64,000 nt of DNA from Patescibacteria group bacterium (lineage in GTDB: Bacteria; Patescibacteriota; Patescibacteriia; UBA9934; GWF2-40-263), in the NCBI GenBank assembly GCA_041661745.1, contig JBAZTR010000003.1, forward strand, positions 11,965 through 75,964, written 5' to 3'. Shown here one piece after another: positions 47,112 to 55,443 of this stretch. The translations under genes were made by a program, and so were the position numbers. Within the stretch, counting starts at the first letter, position 1. Each line of letters opens with the position of its first letter. The notes beneath the pieces were generated by a model. The model was not told the origin of the DNA. It worked only from the letters and a program-made list of their open reading frames with translations, and ran no database searches.

Positions 47112-47119
47112 ATTGTGTT

Positions 47120-47219
47120 AGGGAAAGGGAGTTAAAGGGAAAGAAAGGGAGGGAACGGGAGGGAAAGAAGATAAAATTTCCTTCTCTTTAATTCCCTTTT
47201 CATCTCTTTCCTTCTCTTC
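47120..47219. repeat. Purine/pyrimidine ~10-mer arrays forming an inverted pair upstream of ileS
   Basis: GGGAAAGGGA-GTTAAAGGGA-AAGAAAGGGA... versus TTTCCTTCTC-TTTAATTCCC-TTTTCATCTC... Confidence 0.7.
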
Positions 47220-47273
47220 TAAAAACTGGGCAAATAATAACATTTATAGGCAAAAATGACAAATTTGTGAGAT

Positions 47274-47303
47274 AAAAAACCGCGTGGCCGTGAAGCCATG
47301 CGG
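47274..47303 (-). terminator. GC-rich hairpin/terminator downstream of the GC-rich gene
   Basis: Minus strand CCGCATGGC-TTCACG-GCCACGCGG followed by T6. Confidence 0.65.
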
Positions 47304-47385
47304 GAGGGGAGGGTGGATGCGAGAGTGTCCAAGGTCCAAGGAACCAAGAGCCATGCCAAGGGCAGAGGGCCAAAGAATCCCAGGG

Positions 47386-47958
47386 CTAGGAAACCTTGCG
47401 GAGAGCGAGGAAGCGGCAATGGGCATCCCAGTCGTCAGCGCCGTGGTCGATGTACAGGCGGCGCTCGCGGTCACCGCGATAGAGACAAGGGAAGAACAGG
47501 CGGCCGTGGCGGCGCCAGGCCTGGCCCAGAGCCACGATGGGGTAATTCCTCTGTTCCTCGGGGCACTTGGCTCCGTAGGCGAGGAGCTCAGCCGCCGAGG
47601 CGGGGATGACCCCCAACTGTTCGATCTCGTGGAGAGCTTCGTTGGTCGAGGCTCGACCGAGGTAGACGAGTACGGGCTCGTACTTGATCACGCCGGTGGA
47701 CTTGTTCGGGAAGTGCTCGGCCGTGACATCCATATCGCGACAGTTGTAGTGGCCGGCCGCGACCATCGCCTCGAAGGCGAGGTCATAGTTGACTTCGAGA
47801 ACGGAGTCCTCGAACCGCCCTTCGATGATGGCTTGGAGGGCGAGGCTGAGCTGCGCCGGGCTGAACGGGTAGCCGCCCCTCTGCCGGAGCTGGCGCTTGA
47901 TCTCAGTGAGCTGGCCGTCCAGATCGTAATACTGTTCGCCGGTGACGATGGGCGCCAT
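47386..47958 (-). CDS. GC-rich protein with a DGR-target-like (CLec-type) C-terminus
   Basis: GGGAG SD; ends FPCLYRGDRERRLYIDHGADDWDAHCRFLALRK; the last 40 codons are mostly NNY. Confidence 0.7.
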   Translation of the reverse strand: MAPIVTGEQYYDLDGQLTEIKRQLRQRGGYPFSPAQLSLALQAIIEGRFEDSVLEVNYDLAFEAMVAAGHYNCRDMDVTAEHFPNKSTGVIKYEPVLVYLGRASTNEALHEIEQLGVIPASAAELLAYGAKCPEEQRNYPIVALGQAWRRHGRLFFPCLYRGDRERRLYIDHGADDWDAHCRFLALRKVS

Positions 47959-48101
47959 GACGAATCTCCCTTTGTTGTGGCTTATGCCCGCCAGCGCCGT
48001 ATGCGCCGACAGACCTTCGCCGTCGTAGACCAGTTGTTGTCCCGATCTTCTTTCAAATTTCCTTAGAAAAACCTGAAAGAAAACCGCGAATTTAACGACT
48101 G

Positions 48102-48130
48102 ACAATAACACAAAGTGACTGATTTGTCAA
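48102..48130 (-). promoter_or_regulatory. sigma70-like promoter
   Basis: TTGACA-17 bp-TATTGT with extended TG. Confidence 0.6.
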
Positions 48131-48135
48131 TTCAA

Positions 48136-48244
48136 AACCCCTTCATCCTCCCTTGCCCTCCATAGCTCGCCTTGAGCGACGGAGGGTTCGTCCCCTTCAA
48201 CCTCTTCGTCCCCCAGCGCCCGCCATAGCCCAGCGAAGGCGGGT
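48136..48244. repeat. Cluster of REP-like palindromes nested in a 9-mer array
   Basis: CCCTCCATAGCTC-GCCTT-GAGCGACGGAGGG and CCCGCCATAGC-CCA-GCGAAGGCGGG among (A/T)CCCCTTCA-like units. Confidence 0.7.
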
Positions 48245-48263
48245 TTGATACAATACAAACTGT

Positions 48264-48710
48264 ATGACTCAAAAAATCTACCTTGGTGCCGACCATGCCG
48301 GTTGGGAACGCAAGGAAAAAGTTAAAGAATGGCTGGCTGCCGATGGTTTGGCTGTGGAGGATTTAAGCAACCCCGAACTTAACCAAGCTGATGATTATCC
48401 GGACGTGGCTTTCAGGGTGTCCGAACGAGTGGTGGGCGACGAAGAGGCTTTGGGAATCCTAATTTGCGGCAGTGGTATTGGAATGTGTATGGCCGCCAAC
48501 AAGGTGAAAGGAATTCGTGCGGCCACGGTATATAATGTATGGGCAGCCGAGGCGAGTCGAAAGGACAACAACGCTAATGTTCTTTGTTTGCCAGGGCGAG
48601 TCCTTGATGACGAGGAGGAAAAAGAAATTATTAAGGTCTGGCTTGTGACAAATTTCTCCGGCGAGGAGCGGCACAAGAGAAGAATAAAAAAAATTAACAG
48701 TTATGTCTGA
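48264..48710 (+). CDS. rpiB: Ribose-5-phosphate isomerase B
   Basis: GADHAG, DDYPD, ICGSGIG...ANKVKGIRA, RHKRR. Confidence 0.96.
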   Translation: MTQKIYLGADHAGWERKEKVKEWLAADGLAVEDLSNPELNQADDYPDVAFRVSERVVGDEEALGILICGSGIGMCMAANKVKGIRAATVYNVWAAEASRKDNNANVLCLPGRVLDDEEEKEIIKVWLVTNFSGEERHKRRIKKINSYV

Positions 48711-49356
48711 GATAATTCCGGCTATTCTTGCCAACTCGAAACAGGAATTTGAAGAAAAATTACGTATCGCCGAAAAATTTGCTCCGGTAATCCAAATCGA
48801 TATTCTTGATGGCACGCTCTTCCCTTTTTCCAATTGGCATGACGCGGAGGCGGTGGCGGCCATGGAAACCCCGGCATCTTTTGAACTGCATTTAATGGTT
48901 AATAATCCTTTACCGATAATTGCCGAGTGGGTGGCGAAGGTTCCAAATGTTAAACGAGCCATCATCCACGCCGAAATCGAACGACCGCTTGGAAAAATTT
49001 TGGAAGAAATCCACGTGACTCACTTAATCGAGGCTGGTGTGGCCATAAACCCGGAAACGCCACTTGAAGAAATTCACGCTGTTTTACCTGACCTTGATGC
49101 TTTAATGATTATGTCAGTTCACCCCGGACAGGCCGGACAAAAATTTGAAGGTGACTATATTCTAGAAAAAATCAAAAATGCCAAAAGCCGCGCTCCTGAG
49201 CTTAAAATCGAGGTTGATGGTGGGGTTACAATCGAGCTTATCCCCAGTCTAAAAAAAGCCGGAGCAACACGCTTTGCTGTAAATTCCGTGCTTTTTAAAG
49301 CGGAAAACAAGGAATTGGCTTGGAAAAACTTAAATGAAGCCCTTCAAACCATTTAA
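48703..49356 (+). CDS. rpe: Ribulose-phosphate 3-epimerase
   Basis: IIPAIL, QIDILDG, ELHLMV, MSVHPG..GQ.F, EVDGGV. Confidence 0.93.
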   Translation: MSEIIPAILANSKQEFEEKLRIAEKFAPVIQIDILDGTLFPFSNWHDAEAVAAMETPASFELHLMVNNPLPIIAEWVAKVPNVKRAIIHAEIERPLGKILEEIHVTHLIEAGVAINPETPLEEIHAVLPDLDALMIMSVHPGQAGQKFEGDYILEKIKNAKSRAPELKIEVDGGVTIELIPSLKKAGATRFAVNSVLFKAENKELAWKNLNEALQTI

Positions 49357-49396
49357 AAAAAGTGTTATAATAAAATGGATAAAATTTTAAAAACTT

Positions 49397-50191
49397 ATGT
49401 TCAAAAAAATATTTTTCGCTCTCACTGCTTTTGCTTTAATCATTAGTAACATGGGACTAGCCCGACCAGTCGCGGCCGCCACGGCTTTGGCTGATCTTGA
49501 GGCCGGCGATTTAATTCGCGGACAATCGCTTTCCGCTGTTTACTACTTTGCCAAAGACGGTTTCCGTTATGTTTTCCCGAACGACAAAACTTATTTTACC
49601 TGGTACACCAATTTCGATAGCGTAAAATGGTTGTCCGACGCTGATCTTGGCAAACTACAAATCGGCGGCAATGTTACCTACAAGCCGGGAACCAAAATGA
49701 TCAAAATCAACAGCGATCCAAAAACTTATGCGGTTGGTGAAGACGGCACCTTGCACTGGGTAACCACGGAAGCGGTGGCCATTTCCCTTTATGGTTCAAA
49801 CTGGAACACCAAAATTGATGACGTTCCGGATGGCTTCTTCTCTAACTACACCATGGGTTCTGATATTGCCGAGACCGGCGATTTCTCCCCGGCTAACGAA
49901 ACAGCCTCGGCCACCAACATTGATTCTGACAAGAGTCTGAAAGCTCCATACATCATCAATTTAACCGACAGCGGCTATTCTGACACTGATGTAACCATCG
50001 ATGCTGGCCGAGCGATCAAGTTCACGAACACCGGCAGCTCCAAGCACACGGCTACAGCCGAAGATTTGACCTGGGGTTCCGGAACCTTGAACGCTGGCGA
50101 TTCCTTCATTCGTTACTTTAACGATGCCGAAACGATTGAATACTTCTGCAGCTATCATTCCTCAGAGACCGGAACAATTACCGTTGAATAG
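49397..50191 (+). CDS. Secreted protein: conserved N-terminal domain plus cupredoxin-like domain
   Basis: Signal peptide; FPNDKTYFTWY...KPGTKMIKINSDPKTYAV...LYGSNW; C-terminal HTAT...YFCSYH. Confidence 0.85.
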   Translation: MFKKIFFALTAFALIISNMGLARPVAAATALADLEAGDLIRGQSLSAVYYFAKDGFRYVFPNDKTYFTWYTNFDSVKWLSDADLGKLQIGGNVTYKPGTKMIKINSDPKTYAVGEDGTLHWVTTEAVAISLYGSNWNTKIDDVPDGFFSNYTMGSDIAETGDFSPANETASATNIDSDKSLKAPYIINLTDSGYSDTDVTIDAGRAIKFTNTGSSKHTATAEDLTWGSGTLNAGDSFIRYFNDAETIEYFCSYHSSETGTITVE

Positions 50192-50257
50192 TTTTTCCAA
50201 AATCGCGGCAGCGCCCATAGCGCTTCCGCGATTTTTTGTTACAATGTAAACCATGGT

Positions 50258-51829
50258 ATGAGAATCCAACGAAATACTATTATAACCCTGGTGGTTTTTA
50301 TTTTTATCGCCGCTCTTTTGATAATTTTTGAAAGTCGAGCAAACTTCCCTGATCCAGATTCTTTTTATCACGCCAAAATGGCGACAATTATTCGTGATCA
50401 AGGTTTTATTGAGACTTTTCCTTGGTTCCAGTGGACTGATTTAAAAAACACTTACGTTAATCCGCATCTTCTTTATCATGTTTTACTAATTCCTTTTGTT
50501 ACAGTTTTTAATCCCCTGGTTGGAATAAAAATTTCGGCCGTGATCTTTGGCTTATTAGCCTTCTTAGCCATATATCTAGCTGCCCGCTCCTTTAAAGCGC
50601 CTCACCCCTGGCTTTTCCCGTTGGCCGCCGCACTTTCACAAAGCTTTATCTTCCGAATGTCCCTGCCCCGCGCCCCGGCCTTATCTGTCGTTGTCCTAAT
50701 TATGGCCACTTGGGCCATGATGAAGAAAAGAACTAAAACTTTATTTTTTGTCTCGATTATTTTTGCTTGGCTTTACCACGGTTGGCCAATAATTTTCTTG
50801 TCACTTGGTGCGTTATTCGTCGCTGACTTTTTAACCAGCACAATTAACAGGGAAAAATCGTTTTGGCACCTTTTTAAAAAAACTATCAGCCGACAAAAAG
50901 AAAATATCGCGGCCACAAGCGCCGGAATTTTAGCCGGCATGGTCATAAATCCATACTTTCCAGAGAATATTGCCTTTAGTGTCTTAGATATTTTTAAAAT
51001 TGGCGTCGTTAATTATCAGTCCTTGTTACCAGTCGGCCAAGAATGGTTTCCTATTTCTCTTGGCGGTTTTTTAACCGGTTGTTTTCCGGCTCTTTTGGTG
51101 ACCGGTCTAACTCTGGCTTTTTTTGTCCCTGGTTTAATTTCCAACAAAAAAATACCACCCTTTGACCAAACCGTCTCGATCTTCACTTTTTTGTTTTTAG
51201 CCGGCGGTTATTCTGTTTTATGTTTTAAAGCCAATCGTTATGTCGAATACGCCGTGCCTTTCATGGTTTTGGAAGCGGCTGTCTTAATGCCTTTTACTAT
51301 TTCTTTTTGGCAACAAGAACTATGGCCGGTTCTTAATGAGGTCCTAAAAAAAGGCCGAATAAAAAAGATAGCTATTATCACTCTTCTCTCAATAACTATC
51401 TTGGGATTGGCCGCCGGGGCGATTCAGACAACGACTGGGAGTAACGACTACTACCAAGCTAAACAATACGAACCGGCAACAGAATGGATTAAAAACCACG
51501 TCCCGGCCGGCGAAAATGTTTTTCACAACAGCTGGGATTATTCGCTGATCCTGTGGTATCTCGACGACACTCATTATTATTTAGCCGGCCTTGATCCGAC
51601 TTTCATGTATGACTATAACAAAGAAGACTACGAGTCGTGGTGGAAGTTGTCGACCGGCGAAGACAAAGATGTGTCAAAAATAATCTATCTTTTTAAGGCT
51701 CGGGTAGTTATAATCGATAAACGTTTCGGAACAGCCGAAACTTTTGGCAAAAATCTAATTACCTCCGGTCTGTTTGAAAAAGTGGTGGAAAACGAATGGC
51801 TTGAGGTCTATGCCGATACAACTTTATGA
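50258..51829 (+). CDS. Multi-pass membrane protein, probable GT-C glycosyltransferase
   Basis: DPDSFYHAKMA in the first loop; >10 TM segments; overlaps the downstream GT2 gene. Confidence 0.7.
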   Translation: MRIQRNTIITLVVFIFIAALLIIFESRANFPDPDSFYHAKMATIIRDQGFIETFPWFQWTDLKNTYVNPHLLYHVLLIPFVTVFNPLVGIKISAVIFGLLAFLAIYLAARSFKAPHPWLFPLAAALSQSFIFRMSLPRAPALSVVVLIMATWAMMKKRTKTLFFVSIIFAWLYHGWPIIFLSLGALFVADFLTSTINREKSFWHLFKKTISRQKENIAATSAGILAGMVINPYFPENIAFSVLDIFKIGVVNYQSLLPVGQEWFPISLGGFLTGCFPALLVTGLTLAFFVPGLISNKKIPPFDQTVSIFTFLFLAGGYSVLCFKANRYVEYAVPFMVLEAAVLMPFTISFWQQELWPVLNEVLKKGRIKKIAIITLLSITILGLAAGAIQTTTGSNDYYQAKQYEPATEWIKNHVPAGENVFHNSWDYSLILWYLDDTHYYLAGLDPTFMYDYNKEDYESWWKLSTGEDKDVSKIIYLFKARVVIIDKRFGTAETFGKNLITSGLFEKVVENEWLEVYADTTL

Positions 51830-52554
51830 GATTTTCCCTTGTTATCCCGGCTCACAATGAAGAAATCGACATAAAACAAAGCATCGAGACGACTATTTTA
51901 TTTCTACAAAATAAATTTTCTGATGGTGATTGGGAAATCGTGATTGCCGAAAACGGATCAACTGATGAGACACGGGGGATTGTCCAGGACCTAGAAAAAA
52001 AATATACCAATCTTCGATTATTGATTATTCCGACGGCTGGTAAAGGCTGGGCTGTCCGGCAAGCTTGGGACACAGCCACGGCCGAACTGTTAATTTTTAT
52101 GGACGCGGACTTGGCGACCGATTTAAAACACCTACCGGATTTAATTGAAGCCTTAAAAGACAACGACTTGGTTATCGGAACACGTCGTTATCCTTCTTCA
52201 CAAGTCAGCCGCTCGTGGCAAAGATCTTTAACTTCTTTTTTATACAACCGTTTGGCTCGTATTATTCTTTCTCTTCCCTTCTCTGATTTGCAATGCGGTT
52301 TTAAAGGAATCAAAAAAACCGCCTGGCAAAAAATTTCGCCGTATTTTACCTCAACTGGATTCTTTTTTGACACCGAGCTTTTAGCTCTGGCCAATAAATT
52401 TAAACTAAAGACCGCGGAACAACCAATTACCTGGAAAGAGCATCGCAATAAAAAAAATAAGAGTAAGGTTCGCCTCGTGAAAACCGGAAAAGAGCTAATA
52501 AAAAATTTATTGTCTCTTAAAAAACGGCTGACCCGCCTTCGCCCCTCTTTATAA
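51826..52554 (+). CDS. GT2 polyprenol-phosphate glycosyltransferase (DPM1/ALG5-like)
   Basis: VIPAHNEE, NGSTD, GKGWAVR, FMDADL, DLQCGFK, FFDTELL. Confidence 0.92.
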   Translation: MRFSLVIPAHNEEIDIKQSIETTILFLQNKFSDGDWEIVIAENGSTDETRGIVQDLEKKYTNLRLLIIPTAGKGWAVRQAWDTATAELLIFMDADLATDLKHLPDLIEALKDNDLVIGTRRYPSSQVSRSWQRSLTSFLYNRLARIILSLPFSDLQCGFKGIKKTAWQKISPYFTSTGFFFDTELLALANKFKLKTAEQPITWKEHRNKKNKSKVRLVKTGKELIKNLLSLKKRLTRLRPSL

Positions 52555-52599
52555 AATTGACCAATTAGGCTCCGGCGAGGTAAATGTGCTAAAATAGGA

Positions 52600-53466
52600 A
52601 TGCTTATGCATTTCTTACATGATAATAAACTGAAAAAAATGGAAGAAACGGCAGTTTTGATTCGTGAGGATATCATCAAAATGTTAACCGCGGCCGGCTC
52701 GGGCCATTCGGCCGGAACCTTGGGGTTAGCGGATATTTTCACGGCTTTTTATTTTCATATTTTGAAGCATGATCCTAAAAAACCGAATTGGTCCGAACGC
52801 GATCGTTTAATTCTTTCCAACGGTCATGTCTGTCCGGTGCGTTACGCGGCCATGGCCCGGGCCGGTTATTTTCCTAAAGAAAAATTGGTCACCCTGCGCC
52901 GATTTGGTTCACCTTTACAGGGCCATCCTGAACTCGATCGCTTGCCTGGTGTGGAAACCACCTCCGGGCCGTTGGGCGAAGGTTCGTCACAAGCAGTTGG
53001 TTTGGCTTATGCCGCTAAAATGGATAAGGCCAAATGGCGCGTTTACTGTGTCCTCTCTGATGCCGAATTACAAGAAGGTCAAACTTGGGAGGCCTTTATG
53101 TTCGCGGCCAAATATAAACTGAATAATTGCACTTTTATTGTTGATCGTAATTTTATTCAAATTGGGGGCAACACCGAAGAGGTTATGCCACTAGAACCGT
53201 TGGCTAAAAAATTCCGGGCTTTTGGCCTGCATGTGGAAGAATGCGCCGGTAACAACATTGGTGATTTTGTTAACGCCGTAAATCGCGCTCAACAAGTTAG
53301 CGATTATCCGACAATAATTATTGCCTACACTATTCCCGGCTGTGGCGTTGAATTTATGGAAGGTCAGTTTGAATGGCATGGTCGCGTGCCAAATGTTACC
53401 GAGGCTAAACAGGCTTTGGGTGAACTGCACACCTTACAAGGACAATTAAAAAATTTTCATCACTAA
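52600..53466 (+). CDS. Transketolase, N-terminal (TPP-binding) subunit
   Basis: AGSGH, RDRLILSNGH, LQGHP, SDAELQEGQTWEA. Confidence 0.95.
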   Translation: MLMHFLHDNKLKKMEETAVLIREDIIKMLTAAGSGHSAGTLGLADIFTAFYFHILKHDPKKPNWSERDRLILSNGHVCPVRYAAMARAGYFPKEKLVTLRRFGSPLQGHPELDRLPGVETTSGPLGEGSSQAVGLAYAAKMDKAKWRVYCVLSDAELQEGQTWEAFMFAAKYKLNNCTFIVDRNFIQIGGNTEEVMPLEPLAKKFRAFGLHVEECAGNNIGDFVNAVNRAQQVSDYPTIIIAYTIPGCGVEFMEGQFEWHGRVPNVTEAKQALGELHTLQGQLKNFHH

Positions 53467-53476
53467 CCACAAACAT

Positions 53477-54433
53477 ATGAAGCAAAGAACTAAATGGATT
53501 CTAGCCGCCGCGGCCGCGGTTATTGTCCTAATCCCGATTATAATTATTGCGGCGGCCGTGGTGTCGGTTATTGGCTCGTCCAGTTCCTCAAGCTCGGTCG
53601 GCACATACCGTTCCGTGTCCGATGGACAATTCGCCCTAACCAGCGATAACGCCGAAATGGCAGTAACGGCCAGTGCTCCTTCGAGCAGTAGAGACATGAT
53701 GTTTTTTGAAGAACCAACGGCCGGCAGTACGGCCGCCGAGGTTGATCAAAAAATCATCAAGACTGGTTATTTAGAAATGGTCGTTGATTCAGCCAACGAA
53801 GCGGCAACAAAAATTTCCGCTTTAGCCACCGGCATGGGCGGCTATACCCAAGACTCGTCAATTTCCGAAGATGAAAGCGGCATCAAATACGGCACGGTCA
53901 CTGTTCGCCTACCGACTGATGTTTTTGAAAACGCCATGACTGAAATTAAAAAGATTGCTGTCTCGGTCGCGACCGAGTCGTCCAATGCTCAAGATGTCAC
54001 CGAAGAATACACTGACTTAGAGGCACAACTTAAAAACGCTCAAGCTCAAGAGACAGAATATTTAGAAATTCTTAAAAAAGCCGAAAGCGTGGAAGATATT
54101 CTTTCCGTTCAATCTTATTTGGGAAATATCCGCAGCCAAATCGAATCCCTTCAAGGTCGGATTAAATATTTGAGTAACTTAACCAGCTACTCGACCATCA
54201 CCACTTATCTTTCGGAAGATCCGACAATAAATATTCCTTCGAAAGAATTCCGCCCATGGGCCGCCATAAAGGAAGCGGCACAGGCTGTAGTTTCTGTTCT
54301 CCAAGGTCTGGTTATCACACTGATTTGGCTGGTAATTATGGGGGTGGGTGTTCTAGCTCCGATTGCTCTCGTTATCTGGTTGGTCGTTTGGGTGGTTAAA
54401 AAGATCTGGCGCAATCGCCGCAGCAAAAAATAA
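53477..54433 (+). CDS. DUF4349-like membrane protein
   Basis: KIIKTGYL...TVRLP...DVTEEYTDLEAQL...YSTI plus C-terminal TM segment. Confidence 0.85.
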   Translation: MKQRTKWILAAAAAVIVLIPIIIIAAAVVSVIGSSSSSSSVGTYRSVSDGQFALTSDNAEMAVTASAPSSSRDMMFFEEPTAGSTAAEVDQKIIKTGYLEMVVDSANEAATKISALATGMGGYTQDSSISEDESGIKYGTVTVRLPTDVFENAMTEIKKIAVSVATESSNAQDVTEEYTDLEAQLKNAQAQETEYLEILKKAESVEDILSVQSYLGNIRSQIESLQGRIKYLSNLTSYSTITTYLSEDPTINIPSKEFRPWAAIKEAAQAVVSVLQGLVITLIWLVIMGVGVLAPIALVIWLVVWVVKKIWRNRRSKK

Positions 54434-54436
54434 ATT

Positions 54437-55405
54437 ATGTCGATAAAGTTTCGACAAAAACCGAACTTTAAACACGCCGCCACCCGTGATGGTTTTGGCG
54501 AGGGGCTACTTGAAGCTGGCAAAAAAAATAAAAGAATCGTCGTCCTTTCGGCCGACCTGACTGAATCAACCCGTTGTTTGCCTTTCAAAACAAAATTTCC
54601 GGAAAGATTCATTCAGCTTGGCGTGGCCGAACAATCCATGGCCTCGATTGCCGCGGGCTTGGCTTTGGGTGGAAAAATTCCGTTCATTACAAGCTACGCA
54701 ATCTTCTCCCCCGGTCGCAATTGGGAACAAATTCGCACCAACATTGCTCTGCAAAAAACCAATGTTAAAATCATTGGCAGTCATGCTGGTTTAAACGTCG
54801 GCGCCGATGGCGCGACTCACCAAATGTTGGAAGACATTGCCTTAACTCGTGTCCTCCCCAACATGACTGTGATCGTTCCCTGCGACGCCCTCGAGGCTAG
54901 AAAAGCTACACTGGCTGCGGCCACCATCAAAGGGCCAGTTTACTTGCGACTAACTCGCGAGCCGTCGCCGGTGTTTACCAAACCATTAACCCCGTTCAAA
55001 GTTGGCCGAGCCGAAACTTTTTATAAAGGTAACGACGCAACAATTATCGCGGCTGGCCCGATTCTCTTCGAAGCTCTCAAAGCCGCGGTAAATCTGAAAC
55101 AAAAAAACGGAATAAACGTTCGGGTAATAAATTGTCACACTATTAAGCCGCTCGACACAAAGACAATTCTTGCCGCCGCCAAACAAACCGGGGCTATTGT
55201 CACGGTCGAAGAACATATGGTGGCCGGTGGCCTTGGTAGCGCTGTGGCCGAACTTCTGGCTGAACATTGTCCGGTACCAATGGAATTTGTCGGGGTCAAA
55301 GACAAATTTGGTGAATCTGGCAAACCCGAAGAACTGTTAGAAAAGTATGGCTTGAAGGCTAAGGACATCATGGCCGCCGCAATAAAAGTTATCAAAAGAA
55401 AGTAA
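54437..55405 (+). CDS. Transketolase, C-terminal subunit
   Basis: ATRDGFG, SADL, GVAEQ, DGATHQ, TVEEH...GGLGSAV, FGESG. Confidence 0.95.
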   Translation: MSIKFRQKPNFKHAATRDGFGEGLLEAGKKNKRIVVLSADLTESTRCLPFKTKFPERFIQLGVAEQSMASIAAGLALGGKIPFITSYAIFSPGRNWEQIRTNIALQKTNVKIIGSHAGLNVGADGATHQMLEDIALTRVLPNMTVIVPCDALEARKATLAAATIKGPVYLRLTREPSPVFTKPLTPFKVGRAETFYKGNDATIIAAGPILFEALKAAVNLKQKNGINVRVINCHTIKPLDTKTILAAAKQTGAIVTVEEHMVAGGLGSAVAELLAEHCPVPMEFVGVKDKFGESGKPEELLEKYGLKAKDIMAAAIKVIKRK

Positions 55406-55409
55406 ACAA

Positions 55410-55439
55410 AAAAACACTCCGAGAAATCGGGGTGTTTTT
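55410..55439. terminator. Bidirectional terminator
   Basis: AAAAACACTCCGA-GAAA-TCGGGGTGTTTTT. Confidence 0.75.
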
Positions 55440-55443
55440 GTTT

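Noticed and set aside
9317-47958. A complete DGR (Avd plus target)
   Set aside because: No reverse transcriptase or template repeat is visible, and the two genes are 38 kb apart.
47284-48066. Long antisense ORFs over GC islands and core genes (also 10831-11445 and 56195-57160)
   Set aside because: Expected shadows of GC3-biased or conserved genes on the opposite strand; the SD, promoter and motifs support the other strand.
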